Assembly (NCBI GenBank): GCA_964441775.1 | Contig: CAYTVL010000002.1 | Span: forward strand, 169,520 to 233,519 | DNA: 64,000 bases | From: an uncultured Enterobacteriaceae bacterium | Lineage (GTDB): Bacteria > Desulfobacterota > Binatia > Bin18 | Direction of reading: 5' to 3' | Shown: positions 19,309 through 28,284 of the stretch, in pieces | How the letters are laid out: each line of letters begins with the position of its first letter | Numbering within the stretch: position 1 is the stretch's first letter | Program-made: the position numbers and the translations under genes | The notes under the pieces: generated by a model | Databases searched by the model: none | What the model saw: only the letters and a program-made list of their open reading frames with translations | What the model was told of the DNA's origin: nothing

Positions 19309-19530
19309 ATGGACACCCGCATCAGCGTGGATCCGAAAATTTGCAGCGGTAAGCCATGTATCCGAGGAACCCGGATCATGGTGAAGAATATCCTCGGCAT
19401 GATTGCTGGAGGATACACGATTGAGAGAATACTCGAAGCTTATCCTGAATTGACGCGAGAGGATGTCGTCGACGCTCTTGATTACGTGAGCCAAGTCATT
19501 GACGAGGAAAAGGTTATTCAACGTGTCTGA
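19309..19530 (+). CDS. DUF433-domain small protein (antitoxin-like HTH/ribbon family)
   Basis: 73 aa, ISVDPKICSGKPCIRGTRIMVKNILGMIAGGYTIERILEAYPELTREDV matches the DUF433 consensus. AAGGAG Shine-Dalgarno before the ATG. Confidence 0.7.
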   Translation: MDTRISVDPKICSGKPCIRGTRIMVKNILGMIAGGYTIERILEAYPELTREDVVDALDYVSQVIDEEKVIQRV

Positions 19531-21640
19531 TGGGCTTACTGTTTTACCTAATCAAAAAATACCGCAGACGTTTTCTCCTCGACAATCCCATGCTTTCGTG
19601 TCCCCCAAATACCGAAGGGATATTGATGGGCTCCGCGCCATAGCCGTGCTGCTAGTGGTCGGCTACCATGCTTTTCCCGACTTGGTTCCGGGTGGTTTCG
19701 TCGGTGTCGATGTGTTTTTTGTCATCTCTGGTTTCTTGATCTCGACGCTTATTTTTGACAATTTGAACAAAGGCGTCTTCAGTTTCCGAGAGTTCTATGC
19801 CAGACGCATCAGGCGGATTTTTCCTGCCCTTATCCTGGTGCTCATCGCTTGTCATCTGCTCGGTTGGTTCACCCTACTGGAGGACGAATACCAGCAACTT
19901 GGCAAACATATCGCGGGTGGCGCAGGTTTTGTGTCGAACTTCGTGCTTTGGCAGGAGTCCGGTTATTTCGATACCGTGGCGGAACTGAAACCGCTGCTGC
20001 ACTTGTGGTCGCTTGGTATTGAAGAACAATTCTATATCGTATGGCCGTTCCTGCTCTACGCAACATGGAAGAGAAAATTTAGTCCGTTGTCGCTGGCGCT
20101 CCTGATCGTCTTTTTCTCTTTTTTGCTGAACTTCAACAAAGTTAATAAAGACGCCGTTGCGACTTTCTATTCGCCCGGCACGCGATTTTGGGAGCCGCTT
20201 TTAGGCAGCGCCCTTGCTTACTTGCTCCTCTTCAAAAACAATTTTCTCCAAAACCTCACCCGACGGATAGCCGCAGTATCGGAGCGCGTCATTCAGTTTC
20301 CTCTGCTCTTAAAAAAAGGGGCGACTCTGCGTGAGGAGAGCATGGCCTTGCTTGGTCTACTGCTCATTTTTTTCGCGGCCTTTAGATTACATAAGGTGCT
20401 TCTGTTTCCTGGGGGGTGGGCTCTTCTGCCTACCGTCGGCGCGTTTCTCTCAATTTCCGCCGGTCCTGATACGTGGTTAAATCGTAAAGTGTTGTCTCAG
20501 GATGCACTGGTGTTTATTGGGCTGATTAGCTTCCCTCTGTATTTATGGCACTGGCCTTTACTTTCCTTTGCACGCATCATTGAATCTGGAACGCCTGCCC
20601 CGGCAATCCGCCTCCTCGCTATTCTCCTGAGTATAGTGTTGGCCTGGTTGACCTATGCGTTTCTTGAGAAACCAGTGCGATTCGGCACACACGCCAATGT
20701 CAAAACCTTCATTCTTTGCTTTCTTATGTTCGGCGTTGCTTCAGCAGGTAGTCTTGCATGGAAAGACGTCCTTTCTCCTTATTCAATAGCTTTTGGGCTG
20801 GAGAAGATCATCAAAGCTGCGGGCGAGTGGGAATATCCCGGGCCCAATTTACAGCCATTTCAGTTTCAGGGACGAGACTTTTTGCTCCGACAAAGCCATA
20901 CCAATGTGAAGACCTTATATTTTGGTGATAGCAATATCGAGCAATATGGGCCGAGAATAGATCAATTGATTACTGACAATATGGATAAAGCGAAGTCCGC
21001 CGTTTTTGCTACGGGGGGAGGATGTCCGCCTATCCCCAAAGTGAAGGACAAGAACCATCCTCTTTGTGTCGATTTTGTTGAAAAAGTGATTTCATACGCC
21101 GGGAGCCCGGAGGTCGCGACTATCGTTGTCAGTGCGCTCTGGTTCGGATACTTATCCAACAACTTTAACGGTATCGCTACCTCCTATTATTACGAAGATG
21201 ATGGGGCTTCGAGCGAACTAGGAGTTGAGACCGAAGGATCGGAACGCGCCTATAAGGCCCTTGAACTCATGTTTTCTGAGTTCTCCAGATTGGGGAAACA
21301 AGTGTATCTCGTGCTCAATATACCGACTGGACCAGAAATTGACCCTAAAGTGATGGTGCAACGATCGCTACTGCCGTTGGGCTTCAAGGTAAACACCACT
21401 GGCATGCAAAAATCTGTTTTTCTTGGAAAGGCGAATGGTTTTATTCATAGGCGGCTGATCAACGTTGCCGCCAATAGTGGGGCAAAAGTGATTGACCCGT
21501 TAGATTACCTGTGCACGGGGAATCTATGTCCATCGTTGACAGAAGAAGGAGAGCCTATTTATAAAGATGCCGCCCATATTCGTCCATTTTTTTCACGGGA
21601 AAGAATCACATTTCTAGATGAGACAATTTTAACAGAGTAG
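19499..21640 (+). CDS. OafA-type membrane acyltransferase (acyltransferase-3 domain) with C-terminal SGNH hydrolase-like domain
   Basis: YRRDIDGLRAIAVLLVVGYHAF N-terminal signature, about 10 TM helices, then a soluble C-terminal domain with GDSN-like LYFGDSNIEQYG. The ORF-track start is TTG at 19499. Alternative in-frame GTG starts at 19523 and 19598 (the latter would give MSPKYRRDIDGL). Confidence 0.75.
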   Translation: MTRKRLFNVSDGLTVLPNQKIPQTFSPRQSHAFVSPKYRRDIDGLRAIAVLLVVGYHAFPDLVPGGFVGVDVFFVISGFLISTLIFDNLNKGVFSFREFYARRIRRIFPALILVLIACHLLGWFTLLEDEYQQLGKHIAGGAGFVSNFVLWQESGYFDTVAELKPLLHLWSLGIEEQFYIVWPFLLYATWKRKFSPLSLALLIVFFSFLLNFNKVNKDAVATFYSPGTRFWEPLLGSALAYLLLFKNNFLQNLTRRIAAVSERVIQFPLLLKKGATLREESMALLGLLLIFFAAFRLHKVLLFPGGWALLPTVGAFLSISAGPDTWLNRKVLSQDALVFIGLISFPLYLWHWPLLSFARIIESGTPAPAIRLLAILLSIVLAWLTYAFLEKPVRFGTHANVKTFILCFLMFGVASAGSLAWKDVLSPYSIAFGLEKIIKAAGEWEYPGPNLQPFQFQGRDFLLRQSHTNVKTLYFGDSNIEQYGPRIDQLITDNMDKAKSAVFATGGGCPPIPKVKDKNHPLCVDFVEKVISYAGSPEVATIVVSALWFGYLSNNFNGIATSYYYEDDGASSELGVETEGSERAYKALELMFSEFSRLGKQVYLVLNIPTGPEIDPKVMVQRSLLPLGFKVNTTGMQKSVFLGKANGFIHRRLINVAANSGAKVIDPLDYLCTGNLCPSLTEEGEPIYKDAAHIRPFFSRERITFLDETILTE

Positions 21641-21657
21641 TCTAAGGAGGAATCTTT

Positions 21658-22656
21658 ATGGAGTATCGACCATTTGGACAAACTGGCATTCAAATTTCTG
21701 CGATTGGCATTGGCTGCTGGGAGATCGGCGGTGGCTACGGCAGCATCGAAGAGTCCGAGTTCATCCAAGCGGTGAACCGCGCCCTTGATCTGGGCATCAA
21801 CAGTTTTGATACGGCGGAAGCGTACGGCTTTGGCGCGTCGGAGAAGTCGTTGGCCAAGGCGTTGGGCTCGCGTCGCAAAGAAGCGGTGATCACGACGAAG
21901 TTCGGCATTGGCTACAAGGAAGCGCCAAATTTTCGCGATAGTAGCCGTCAGCGGATTATGGCCTCAATCGAGAAGAGCCTGAGCAATCTCGGCACGGATT
22001 ATGTCGATGTCTATATGGTGCACTGGCCGGATGTGAACACGCCTTTTGAGGACACCGTGACAGCGCTTGGCGACGTGGTCAAGCAAGGCAAGGCGCGCGC
22101 CGTGGGCATCTCGAATTTTCGCTTGAGTCAGATTGAAACCAGCATGGCCGCGCGTCGTGTCGATGTGGTGCAGTACTGCTGGAATATGTTTGACCGCCGC
22201 ATGCAGAAGGAAATTTTTCCTTACTGCGCGAAGAATGGCGTCGGTGTGATGGCCTACGGTTCGCTTGCCTATGGGCTGCTCACCGGGGCATTTACCGAAG
22301 ATACTAATTTTGAGTCGGACGACTGGCGGGCGCGGCGTGGCCGCATGGGCGGGATCAATTTATTTCAACATCTGTTCGGCCCCGATTACTTTCCCAAGAA
22401 CATCCGTGCGGTGTCCGAGCTGAAAGCGATGGCTGCCCGTTACGGAAAGAGCTTACCGCAGTTTGCCTTGCGGTGGACCTTGTCAAATCCAGTGGTGAGC
22501 ACGGCGTTGGTGGGCTGCCGCAATGTTGCTGAAGTTAACGACAACGTGGGCGCGCTGGGGTGGTCGATCTCAGATGCCGACATGAAAGAGATCGACGCCA
22601 TCTTTGCGCGGAACGGAGTCGATACCGCACCGGAGGTGTGGTTGGAACGTGACTAA
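21658..22656 (+). CDS. Aldo/keto reductase
   Basis: AKR signatures (GINSFDTAEAYG, VHWPD, LAYGLLTG). AAGGAGG Shine-Dalgarno. Confidence 0.85.
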   Translation: MEYRPFGQTGIQISAIGIGCWEIGGGYGSIEESEFIQAVNRALDLGINSFDTAEAYGFGASEKSLAKALGSRRKEAVITTKFGIGYKEAPNFRDSSRQRIMASIEKSLSNLGTDYVDVYMVHWPDVNTPFEDTVTALGDVVKQGKARAVGISNFRLSQIETSMAARRVDVVQYCWNMFDRRMQKEIFPYCAKNGVGVMAYGSLAYGLLTGAFTEDTNFESDDWRARRGRMGGINLFQHLFGPDYFPKNIRAVSELKAMAARYGKSLPQFALRWTLSNPVVSTALVGCRNVAEVNDNVGALGWSISDADMKEIDAIFARNGVDTAPEVWLERD

Positions 22657-22742
22657 TTTTTATCGGGTCATTGTATGATCGGGTCATTGAGTCATTTATT
22701 AATTCCGCACTCCTTTTTCAAATGATTCAATGATTCAATCTC

Positions 22743-24860
22743 TCAATGGCTCAGTTCTTCCAGGAGCGCCTTCGCTTCTTGCAAGTCCTTCGTATCAAAG
22801 CCCTCAGTAAACCAGTTGTAAATGTCAGCAAGCATTTGCCGGGCTTCAGCCCTTTTGCCCTGCTGCTGCCATAAACGAACCAAGCTCATCACCGCGCGCA
22901 GCTCCAGTGACTTCGCCTGCTGCTTGCGGGCGACCTCGATAGCTTTCTCAAAACACGCTTCAGCCTCTGCGACTTTTGACTTATGACCTTCGACTTGTAA
23001 CTGCAGCGTTAGCTCCCCTTTGAGCCGATACAGCTCCGCCTCGTGTATCCTCTCCTCATTCTTCTCCACGAGCGTCAGTGCCTCAGCCAGCGCCTGCAGC
23101 CCTTCTTCTGCCTGCCCCATCCCCTCATACGCCTCGGCCAGTAAGGCAAGAAAATACGGCTGCATTAATTCATTCCCTATGCCCCGCCAGGCGGCTAGGC
23201 CTTGGCGCATCCGTGTAATTCCCTCTTCCCTTTGCCCCTGCTCGGCCAGCGCCCAGCCCTGCAGCGCTGTCCCCGCGGGCAAGAAGAACGGAAACCCCTG
23301 CTCATTACACAGCGCAATCGCTGCCTCCGCCCGCTCTTGGCACGCCTGTTCCTCTCGGCGGGCTCGATGAAGTACAGCAGCAAGGCCGAGGGCAAAAGCC
23401 AAGGTATAAGGGTGAGCACGCTCGTGAGCGAGGGTCAGCGCGTCGTGGATGCGCTGTAGGGCCTGGTCCGGAAAGCCCAGATGCCATAGAGCCAGGGCCG
23501 TATAATCGCGGCTCGCCACTCCCGGGTCTTGGCCGTACAGCAGGGCATGGGACTGGTGCTGCTGAGGGTCGTAGAGAGCAATGGTCTGCTCGAAGTGTGC
23601 GCGGGCCGAGGCAAACTCGCCCCGCCAGATCAAGGTATCGCCGAGCGCAAAATGCGCCTGCAGGAGGAGCCCGGGGTCTCGGACGCTCTGTGCCAAGCTG
23701 AGGAGTTGCTCGGCCAACTCGCGCTCTGTCTGGTACTCCGCCCGCAAATGATAAAATCCAAACAGTCCCCACAGCATCGGGAAGAGTTGCGGCGTTTCCC
23801 CCAGCTGCTGGCACAGCTCCCGCGCCCGGGCGTAGGCTTGTCCCATTTCTGTAGCCCCAAAGCCCCTGGCTCCTATCAGCGCCACGCCCAGCATGATTTG
23901 GAGCATGAGCTCTTGCTGGGTGCGCTCAGAGGTATCCGGTAGGGCTTTGAGCACCTCCAGCCCTTTGGTGAGATGGCTGATCGCTTCCTCATTTGCTGAG
24001 CGCGCGATTGCGCGTTGACCTGCCTGCTGCCAGTACGGAATAGCGTGTTCGCTGAGCCCCGCCTCAGTGTAGTGGTGAGCCAGCAGTTCCGGTTGGGTCT
24101 CTTTTGTGTTGGAGAATTGCTCTTCCAATACCTGGGCAATCTGCTGGTGCAGTTGCTGGCGTCGACTCTTCAGCAATGATTGATAGGCTGTATCCTGAAT
24201 CAGCGCATGCTTGAAGAGATAGTGGGCCTGTGGCAGCAGCCCACGCTGGTAGAGCAGCTCCGCTTCCACTAACTGCTTCAAGCCGTGCTGTAACGTCTCT
24301 TCGTCTAACGGGGAGACGGCGTGGAGCAGTTCATAGCTAAACTCCCGCCCCAGGGTCGCGCCCAGTTGGGCGATCTCTCGGACGGTGGCCAAGCGGTCCA
24401 GCCGAGCCATCAAGGAGTCCTGTAACGTGCTCGGAATCGCCAACGGTGGGATGAGCGCACCGCCGTGCGCCCCGACATACCGGTTCCCTTCTTCTCGTAA
24501 CAGCCCTGACTCCACGACGGTCTTCGTCAACTCTTCGACAAAGAGGGGCACGCCGTCCGTCTTAGCCACGATTTGCTGCACTACTTCAGCCGGCAGGGCT
24601 TTGCCGCCCGTCACTCGCTCAACCATCGTCTCGACCTGGCTGCGCCCTAAGCGGCTCAGCGTCAGTTGGCTAAGGTGCGAGCGGTTCCTCCAGGGGGGAG
24701 TGAACTCAGGGCGGAACGTCAATAGGACGTACAGACGCGCGGTTGGAACTTGGTCCACTACCAGGTTCAACACTTCTAATGTGGACGGATCCGCCCAGTG
24801 GAGATCTTCCCAGGGACAGTACACAGTAGCGTTCTCCGCCTCCTCCACCAGCCACGCCAC
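22743..24860 (-). CDS. C-terminal fragment of a disrupted adenylate/guanylate cyclase-AAA ATPase-TPR gene (AAA lid plus long TPR array)
   Basis: Begins (GTG) with ...LVAWLVEEAENATVYCPWEDLHWADPSTLEVL, the continuation of a STAND/MalT-like AAA module, followed by about 550 aa of TPR-like repeats. It is in frame with the upstream fragment once the 171-bp insertion and one TAA copy are removed. Confidence 0.7.
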   Translation of the reverse strand: MAWLVEEAENATVYCPWEDLHWADPSTLEVLNLVVDQVPTARLYVLLTFRPEFTPPWRNRSHLSQLTLSRLGRSQVETMVERVTGGKALPAEVVQQIVAKTDGVPLFVEELTKTVVESGLLREEGNRYVGAHGGALIPPLAIPSTLQDSLMARLDRLATVREIAQLGATLGREFSYELLHAVSPLDEETLQHGLKQLVEAELLYQRGLLPQAHYLFKHALIQDTAYQSLLKSRRQQLHQQIAQVLEEQFSNTKETQPELLAHHYTEAGLSEHAIPYWQQAGQRAIARSANEEAISHLTKGLEVLKALPDTSERTQQELMLQIMLGVALIGARGFGATEMGQAYARARELCQQLGETPQLFPMLWGLFGFYHLRAEYQTERELAEQLLSLAQSVRDPGLLLQAHFALGDTLIWRGEFASARAHFEQTIALYDPQQHQSHALLYGQDPGVASRDYTALALWHLGFPDQALQRIHDALTLAHERAHPYTLAFALGLAAVLHRARREEQACQERAEAAIALCNEQGFPFFLPAGTALQGWALAEQGQREEGITRMRQGLAAWRGIGNELMQPYFLALLAEAYEGMGQAEEGLQALAEALTLVEKNEERIHEAELYRLKGELTLQLQVEGHKSKVAEAEACFEKAIEVARKQQAKSLELRAVMSLVRLWQQQGKRAEARQMLADIYNWFTEGFDTKDLQEAKALLEELSH

Positions 24861-24864
24861 TAAG

Positions 24865-25035
24865 GACTATGGGACAAAACTCCAACACTGGGCGTAAGGG
24901 CAGGGGGTCATTGCGAGCGCAGCGAAGCAATCTTGGCCCAGTTATTTCGGCACTTGCGAGATTGCTTCGTCGTCTGCGACTCCTCGCAATGACAGGCTCT
25001 TCGACCTTCGTTTTTAGGTTTTGTCTCACAGTCCT
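24865..25035. mobile_element. 171-bp palindromic MITE-like non-autonomous element with 17-bp terminal inverted repeats and TAA target-site duplication
   Basis: Left TIR GGACTATGGGACAAAAC (24865-24881). Right TIR GTTTTGTCTCACAGTCC (25019-25035), whose reverse complement matches 15/17. Nested inner inverted repeats (GTCATTGCGAGCGCAGCGAAGCAATCT / AGATTGCTTCG...CTCGCAATGAC). TAA at 24862-24864 and at 25036-25038. Confidence 0.6.
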
Positions 25036-26363
25036 AAGGCCGCCTGCGTCTTCTCCTTCTGCTTTTGCGGACTCCCGCTCAGCGGCGGTGAGTCCTCGGG
25101 ATGTGGGAGCGACAGTAAAGCCGCTATCAAGGGCACGGTGTCCGCCTGCGGGAAGCGATAGTGGCTCAGGGTGTGCTGGAGTTTCTCCAGCTTGACGGTA
25201 GGCGTATCCTCGCGGGCAAATTGGAGCAGACGGTGCAGGTGGTCGATGATCGGATGCAGTGCACTGTTCTGGTGATAGGGCGAGCAGCGAAACTCAATGC
25301 GGGTCACTCCAGCGGGCGCCAGCTGCTCTTTGAACTCCTGCAGCAGCCGAGATTTGCCAATGCCAGGCTCGCCACTGAGCAGCACCACCTGGCCGGTGCC
25401 CTGCTGGGCCTGCTCCCAGCGCTGCTGCAACAACGCGAGTTCCTCTGTGCGGCCCACCAGCGGCGTTAACCCTCGCCTCACCGCTGCTTCAAACCGGCTC
25501 TGGACCTCACTTTCCCGCACCACCCGGTACACGGTCAGCGGCGTGGAGAGGCCTTTTAGCGTGTGTGGCCCCAGCTCCTGGCACTCAAACAAGCCCGCCA
25601 CCAAACGCTGGGTCGCTGCACTGAGCACAACGGTGTCGGGCTGGGCTAAGTCTTGCAGTCGGGCGGCAATGTTGGGCGTCTCGCCCACGATCGCCAGCGG
25701 TTCGGGCCGGTCACTGACCCCCATCTCCCCGGCCACCACCAGGCCCGTGTGAATGCCAATGCGCACCTGTAAGGGACGGGGGAGCTGGATGGTCGGGAAG
25801 GACAGGTGCTGCATGGCCTCGACGATGCCCAACCCTACGCGCACCGCCCGGGGGGCATCGTCTTCATGGGCCGTGGGATAGCCGAAGTACACCAGCAGCC
25901 CATCGCCGATATACTTGGCGAGATAGCCCTCAAAGCGACGGATCACCGAGGCGCAGCGCCGTTGATACTCTCGCTCCACCTCGCGCAGCTCTTCGGGGTC
26001 GAGTTGTGCAGAGAGAGCAGTAGAGCCCACCAAGTCACAGAACATCACGGTGAGTTGCCGCCGCTCGGCCGTGTCCCGGCTGAGGTCTCGCGGCGGGCGA
26101 CTCGCGTCAGCGGGGGCGCTTTGCTCCTGCTGCGCTTCCCCGAGGTCTCGCTTTTCTGTGTCTTTTCCTCTGACCTGGCCGATCCAGACCAGCACCTCTC
26201 CGCCTTCGTCTGCCGCCACGCCCTCGGCTTTGATGAGTTCGCCCTTGAGGTCCTCCACATACTCATCATCCAGCGCGAAGCGGCGTTTCAAAGCCCCATA
26301 GGTCACCCGGCCACGCTGTTGCAGCAGCGCGCGGACGTGGTCCAATACTTCATCAAAAGTCAT
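25026..26363 (-). CDS. N-terminal fragment of the disrupted gene: class III adenylate/guanylate cyclase domain plus AAA ATPase Walker A region
   Basis: Cyclase catalytic region (LTVMFCDLVGSTALS...YIGDGLLVYFGYP...GIHTGLVVAGEMG) then Walker A VVLLSGEPGIGKSRLL. It ends at a TGA supplied by the inserted element. ATG at 26363 has a GGAG Shine-Dalgarno. The ORF-track start at 26411 lies 3 nt from the neighbouring gene stop. Confidence 0.7.
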   Translation of the reverse strand: MTFDEVLDHVRALLQQRGRVTYGALKRRFALDDEYVEDLKGELIKAEGVAADEGGEVLVWIGQVRGKDTEKRDLGEAQQEQSAPADASRPPRDLSRDTAERRQLTVMFCDLVGSTALSAQLDPEELREVEREYQRRCASVIRRFEGYLAKYIGDGLLVYFGYPTAHEDDAPRAVRVGLGIVEAMQHLSFPTIQLPRPLQVRIGIHTGLVVAGEMGVSDRPEPLAIVGETPNIAARLQDLAQPDTVVLSAATQRLVAGLFECQELGPHTLKGLSTPLTVYRVVRESEVQSRFEAAVRRGLTPLVGRTEELALLQQRWEQAQQGTGQVVLLSGEPGIGKSRLLQEFKEQLAPAGVTRIEFRCSPYHQNSALHPIIDHLHRLLQFAREDTPTVKLEKLQHTLSHYRFPQADTVPLIAALLSLPHPEDSPPLSGSPQKQKEKTQAALGL

Positions 26364-26414
26364 GGTAAATCTCCACGATGACCTGACCTCTTGTTCTTTG
26401 TCATTACTCATGAC

Positions 26415-27188
26415 TTATAACCGGCTGCGCATCCCCCCATCGACCCAGATGATCTGCCCGGTGATGAAGCCCGTCGTGTCGGAGGCGAGGTAGACAGCCG
26501 CAGCGGCGATTTCGTCGGGCTGCGCGAGTCGCTTCTGAGGAATGTAACGTATGAGTTGTTGCTGCGCGTCGGTGTTTTCTAAAATGCTGGCGCCTTCGGT
26601 CCACCCCGCGCCAATGACGTTGACGGTGACGCCCTTGCGCGCCCATTCGAGTGCGAGCGCACGGGTGAGGTTCAGCACCCCGCCTTGCGCCGCGCAGTAA
26701 GCGCTGCCGTTGGCCATGCCTCGCTCACTCAAGAGAGAGACAATGTGAATCATTCGTCCGCTGCCTTGTGCAAGCATGGGGCCTGCCGCCGCACGGCACG
26801 CGAGGTAGGGTCCTGTCAGATTGACGTTGAGCACGCGCTGCCATTCGTCAAAAGCAACGTCTCTCACTGGCTTCGCAAACGGCAGGTCATGCGCGTTCAC
26901 GAGAATGTCGAGCCGCCCCAACTCCGAGACCGTGCGTTGCACTAGGCCTTCGACTGCGCCAGCGTCATCCGCCTCTAGCGCCTGAGCGAAGCCTGCACGT
27001 CCTAGGGCGCGAATGTCCGCGAGACATAAATTGATCGCAGCGGTTTCCTCGGAGTTGGACAGTGTAGTAGCCACAGCGACATTCGCCCCAGCTTCGGCGA
27101 GCGCGCGCGCCGTGGCGCGTCCAATCGTGTTGGAAGCGCCGATTACGAGCGCGGTTTTTCCTTGAAGATGAAAACTTCCCGTGCTCAT
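26415..27188 (-). CDS. SDR-family short-chain dehydrogenase/reductase
   Basis: GKTALVIGASNTIGRATARALAEAGANV Rossmann motif. ATG 27188 with GGAGGG Shine-Dalgarno and ATGA overlap with the upstream SDR. Confidence 0.8.
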   Translation of the reverse strand: MSTGSFHLQGKTALVIGASNTIGRATARALAEAGANVAVATTLSNSEETAAINLCLADIRALGRAGFAQALEADDAGAVEGLVQRTVSELGRLDILVNAHDLPFAKPVRDVAFDEWQRVLNVNLTGPYLACRAAAGPMLAQGSGRMIHIVSLLSERGMANGSAYCAAQGGVLNLTRALALEWARKGVTVNVIGAGWTEGASILENTDAQQQLIRYIPQKRLAQPDEIAAAAVYLASDTTGFITGQIIWVDGGMRSRL

Positions 27189-28000
27189 GACTGCCCTCCG
27201 TGTAACGGAATGAGCGGTGCAAAGCTGGTTGGCACTTCCCCGCCTGCGAGCCCGCCGCCTTCCAGGGCGATCATTTCGCCGTTCATGTAGTTCGACGCCT
27301 CGGAAGCAAGAAAGACGCACGCGGGGCCCAGCTCTTCGTCTTTTCCGACGCGACCGACTGGAATGTATTTCCCGCCTTGCCAGAACTGCATCATCGCAGG
27401 GTCGTCATGTGGGAAGATGCCAGGGAGGATCAAATTCGTTTGGATATTCTTATCTGCATAATTAAAGGCCATCGCGCGAGTGAAATTAATCATCCCGGCT
27501 TTGCCGGTGGCGTACATGTAGTTATGTTTCATCGCGCGCACGCCGACACCGGAAGTGACATTGATAATTTTACCGCCGCCTTGCCGTAAGAAGTGCGGCA
27601 GCACGGCCCGACAGCAATAAAAGGCGCTGGAAATGTTGAGGTCGATGCCTTTACGCCACTGTTCGTCGGTAATCGCTTCAACCGGTTTGTTCCAGCCAGA
27701 TGAGGCTCCCCCGGCATTGTTGACCAGGACGTCGATGCGGCCAAACTCAGCAATGACGGAATCCACCATTGTGTTCACTGACGCGGAGTTCGTGACGTCG
27801 GTGGAGAGCGCTACACAGCGACGACCTTTCGCCCGCACCAGAGCCGCCGTTTCATCGATTTGGGCTTGTGTCCGCGCCGCGGCGACAATGTCCGCGCCAG
27901 CGTCGGCTAACGCCAGCGCCATTTCCCGTCCAAGTCCGCGCCCCGCGCCGGTGACGATAATTACCTTGCCGTCCAATCTCAGCGTATCGAGAATCCCCAT
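27185..28000 (-). CDS. SDR-family short-chain dehydrogenase/reductase
   Basis: GKVIIVTGAGRGLGREMALALADAGADIV, NNAG motif, catalytic Y...K. Confidence 0.8.
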   Translation of the reverse strand: MGILDTLRLDGKVIIVTGAGRGLGREMALALADAGADIVAAARTQAQIDETAALVRAKGRRCVALSTDVTNSASVNTMVDSVIAEFGRIDVLVNNAGGASSGWNKPVEAITDEQWRKGIDLNISSAFYCCRAVLPHFLRQGGGKIINVTSGVGVRAMKHNYMYATGKAGMINFTRAMAFNYADKNIQTNLILPGIFPHDDPAMMQFWQGGKYIPVGRVGKDEELGPACVFLASEASNYMNGEMIALEGGGLAGGEVPTSFAPLIPLHGGQS

Positions 28001-28132
28001 GAGTTTCCTCGCTCTTCCTTTTTTGTGAGCAGAATTATCCTCCTGGGGAGCAGAGCTGTCAATTTTCTGCTACAGTTTATTCTCGAGAACTTAGTACTCC
28101 GTCCAGAGAATTTTGAGGGGTTTAGGCTCATC

Positions 28133-28152
28133 ATGCCAGCATAGGCTGGCAT
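28133..28152. promoter_or_regulatory. Perfect palindrome ATGCCAGC-atag-GCTGGCAT in the divergent intergenic region (candidate operator)
   Basis: 8-bp arms with 4-bp spacer, read directly, in the 284-bp region between the divergent SDR and dienelactone hydrolase genes. Confidence 0.3.
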
Positions 28153-28284
28153 CCAGGGAGATGCGTACTGGCTTCTGGTTCTGCCTCCTGGATTCCCGCT
28201 TGCGCGACAATGACGCCGCCGCTGTCTATCCATAAAATTCAAAGTGACAGACGTCTAGGAAACTGAAACTAAGGAGGGGAAACG

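Noticed and set aside
24861-25025. Possibility that the palindromic sequence between the two cyclase/TPR fragments is an ordinary intergenic terminator between two separate genes
   Set aside because: The downstream fragment starts in the middle of an AAA domain, the upstream fragment ends inside that domain, and removing the element plus one TAA restores the frame exactly. Both are hard to explain by chance.
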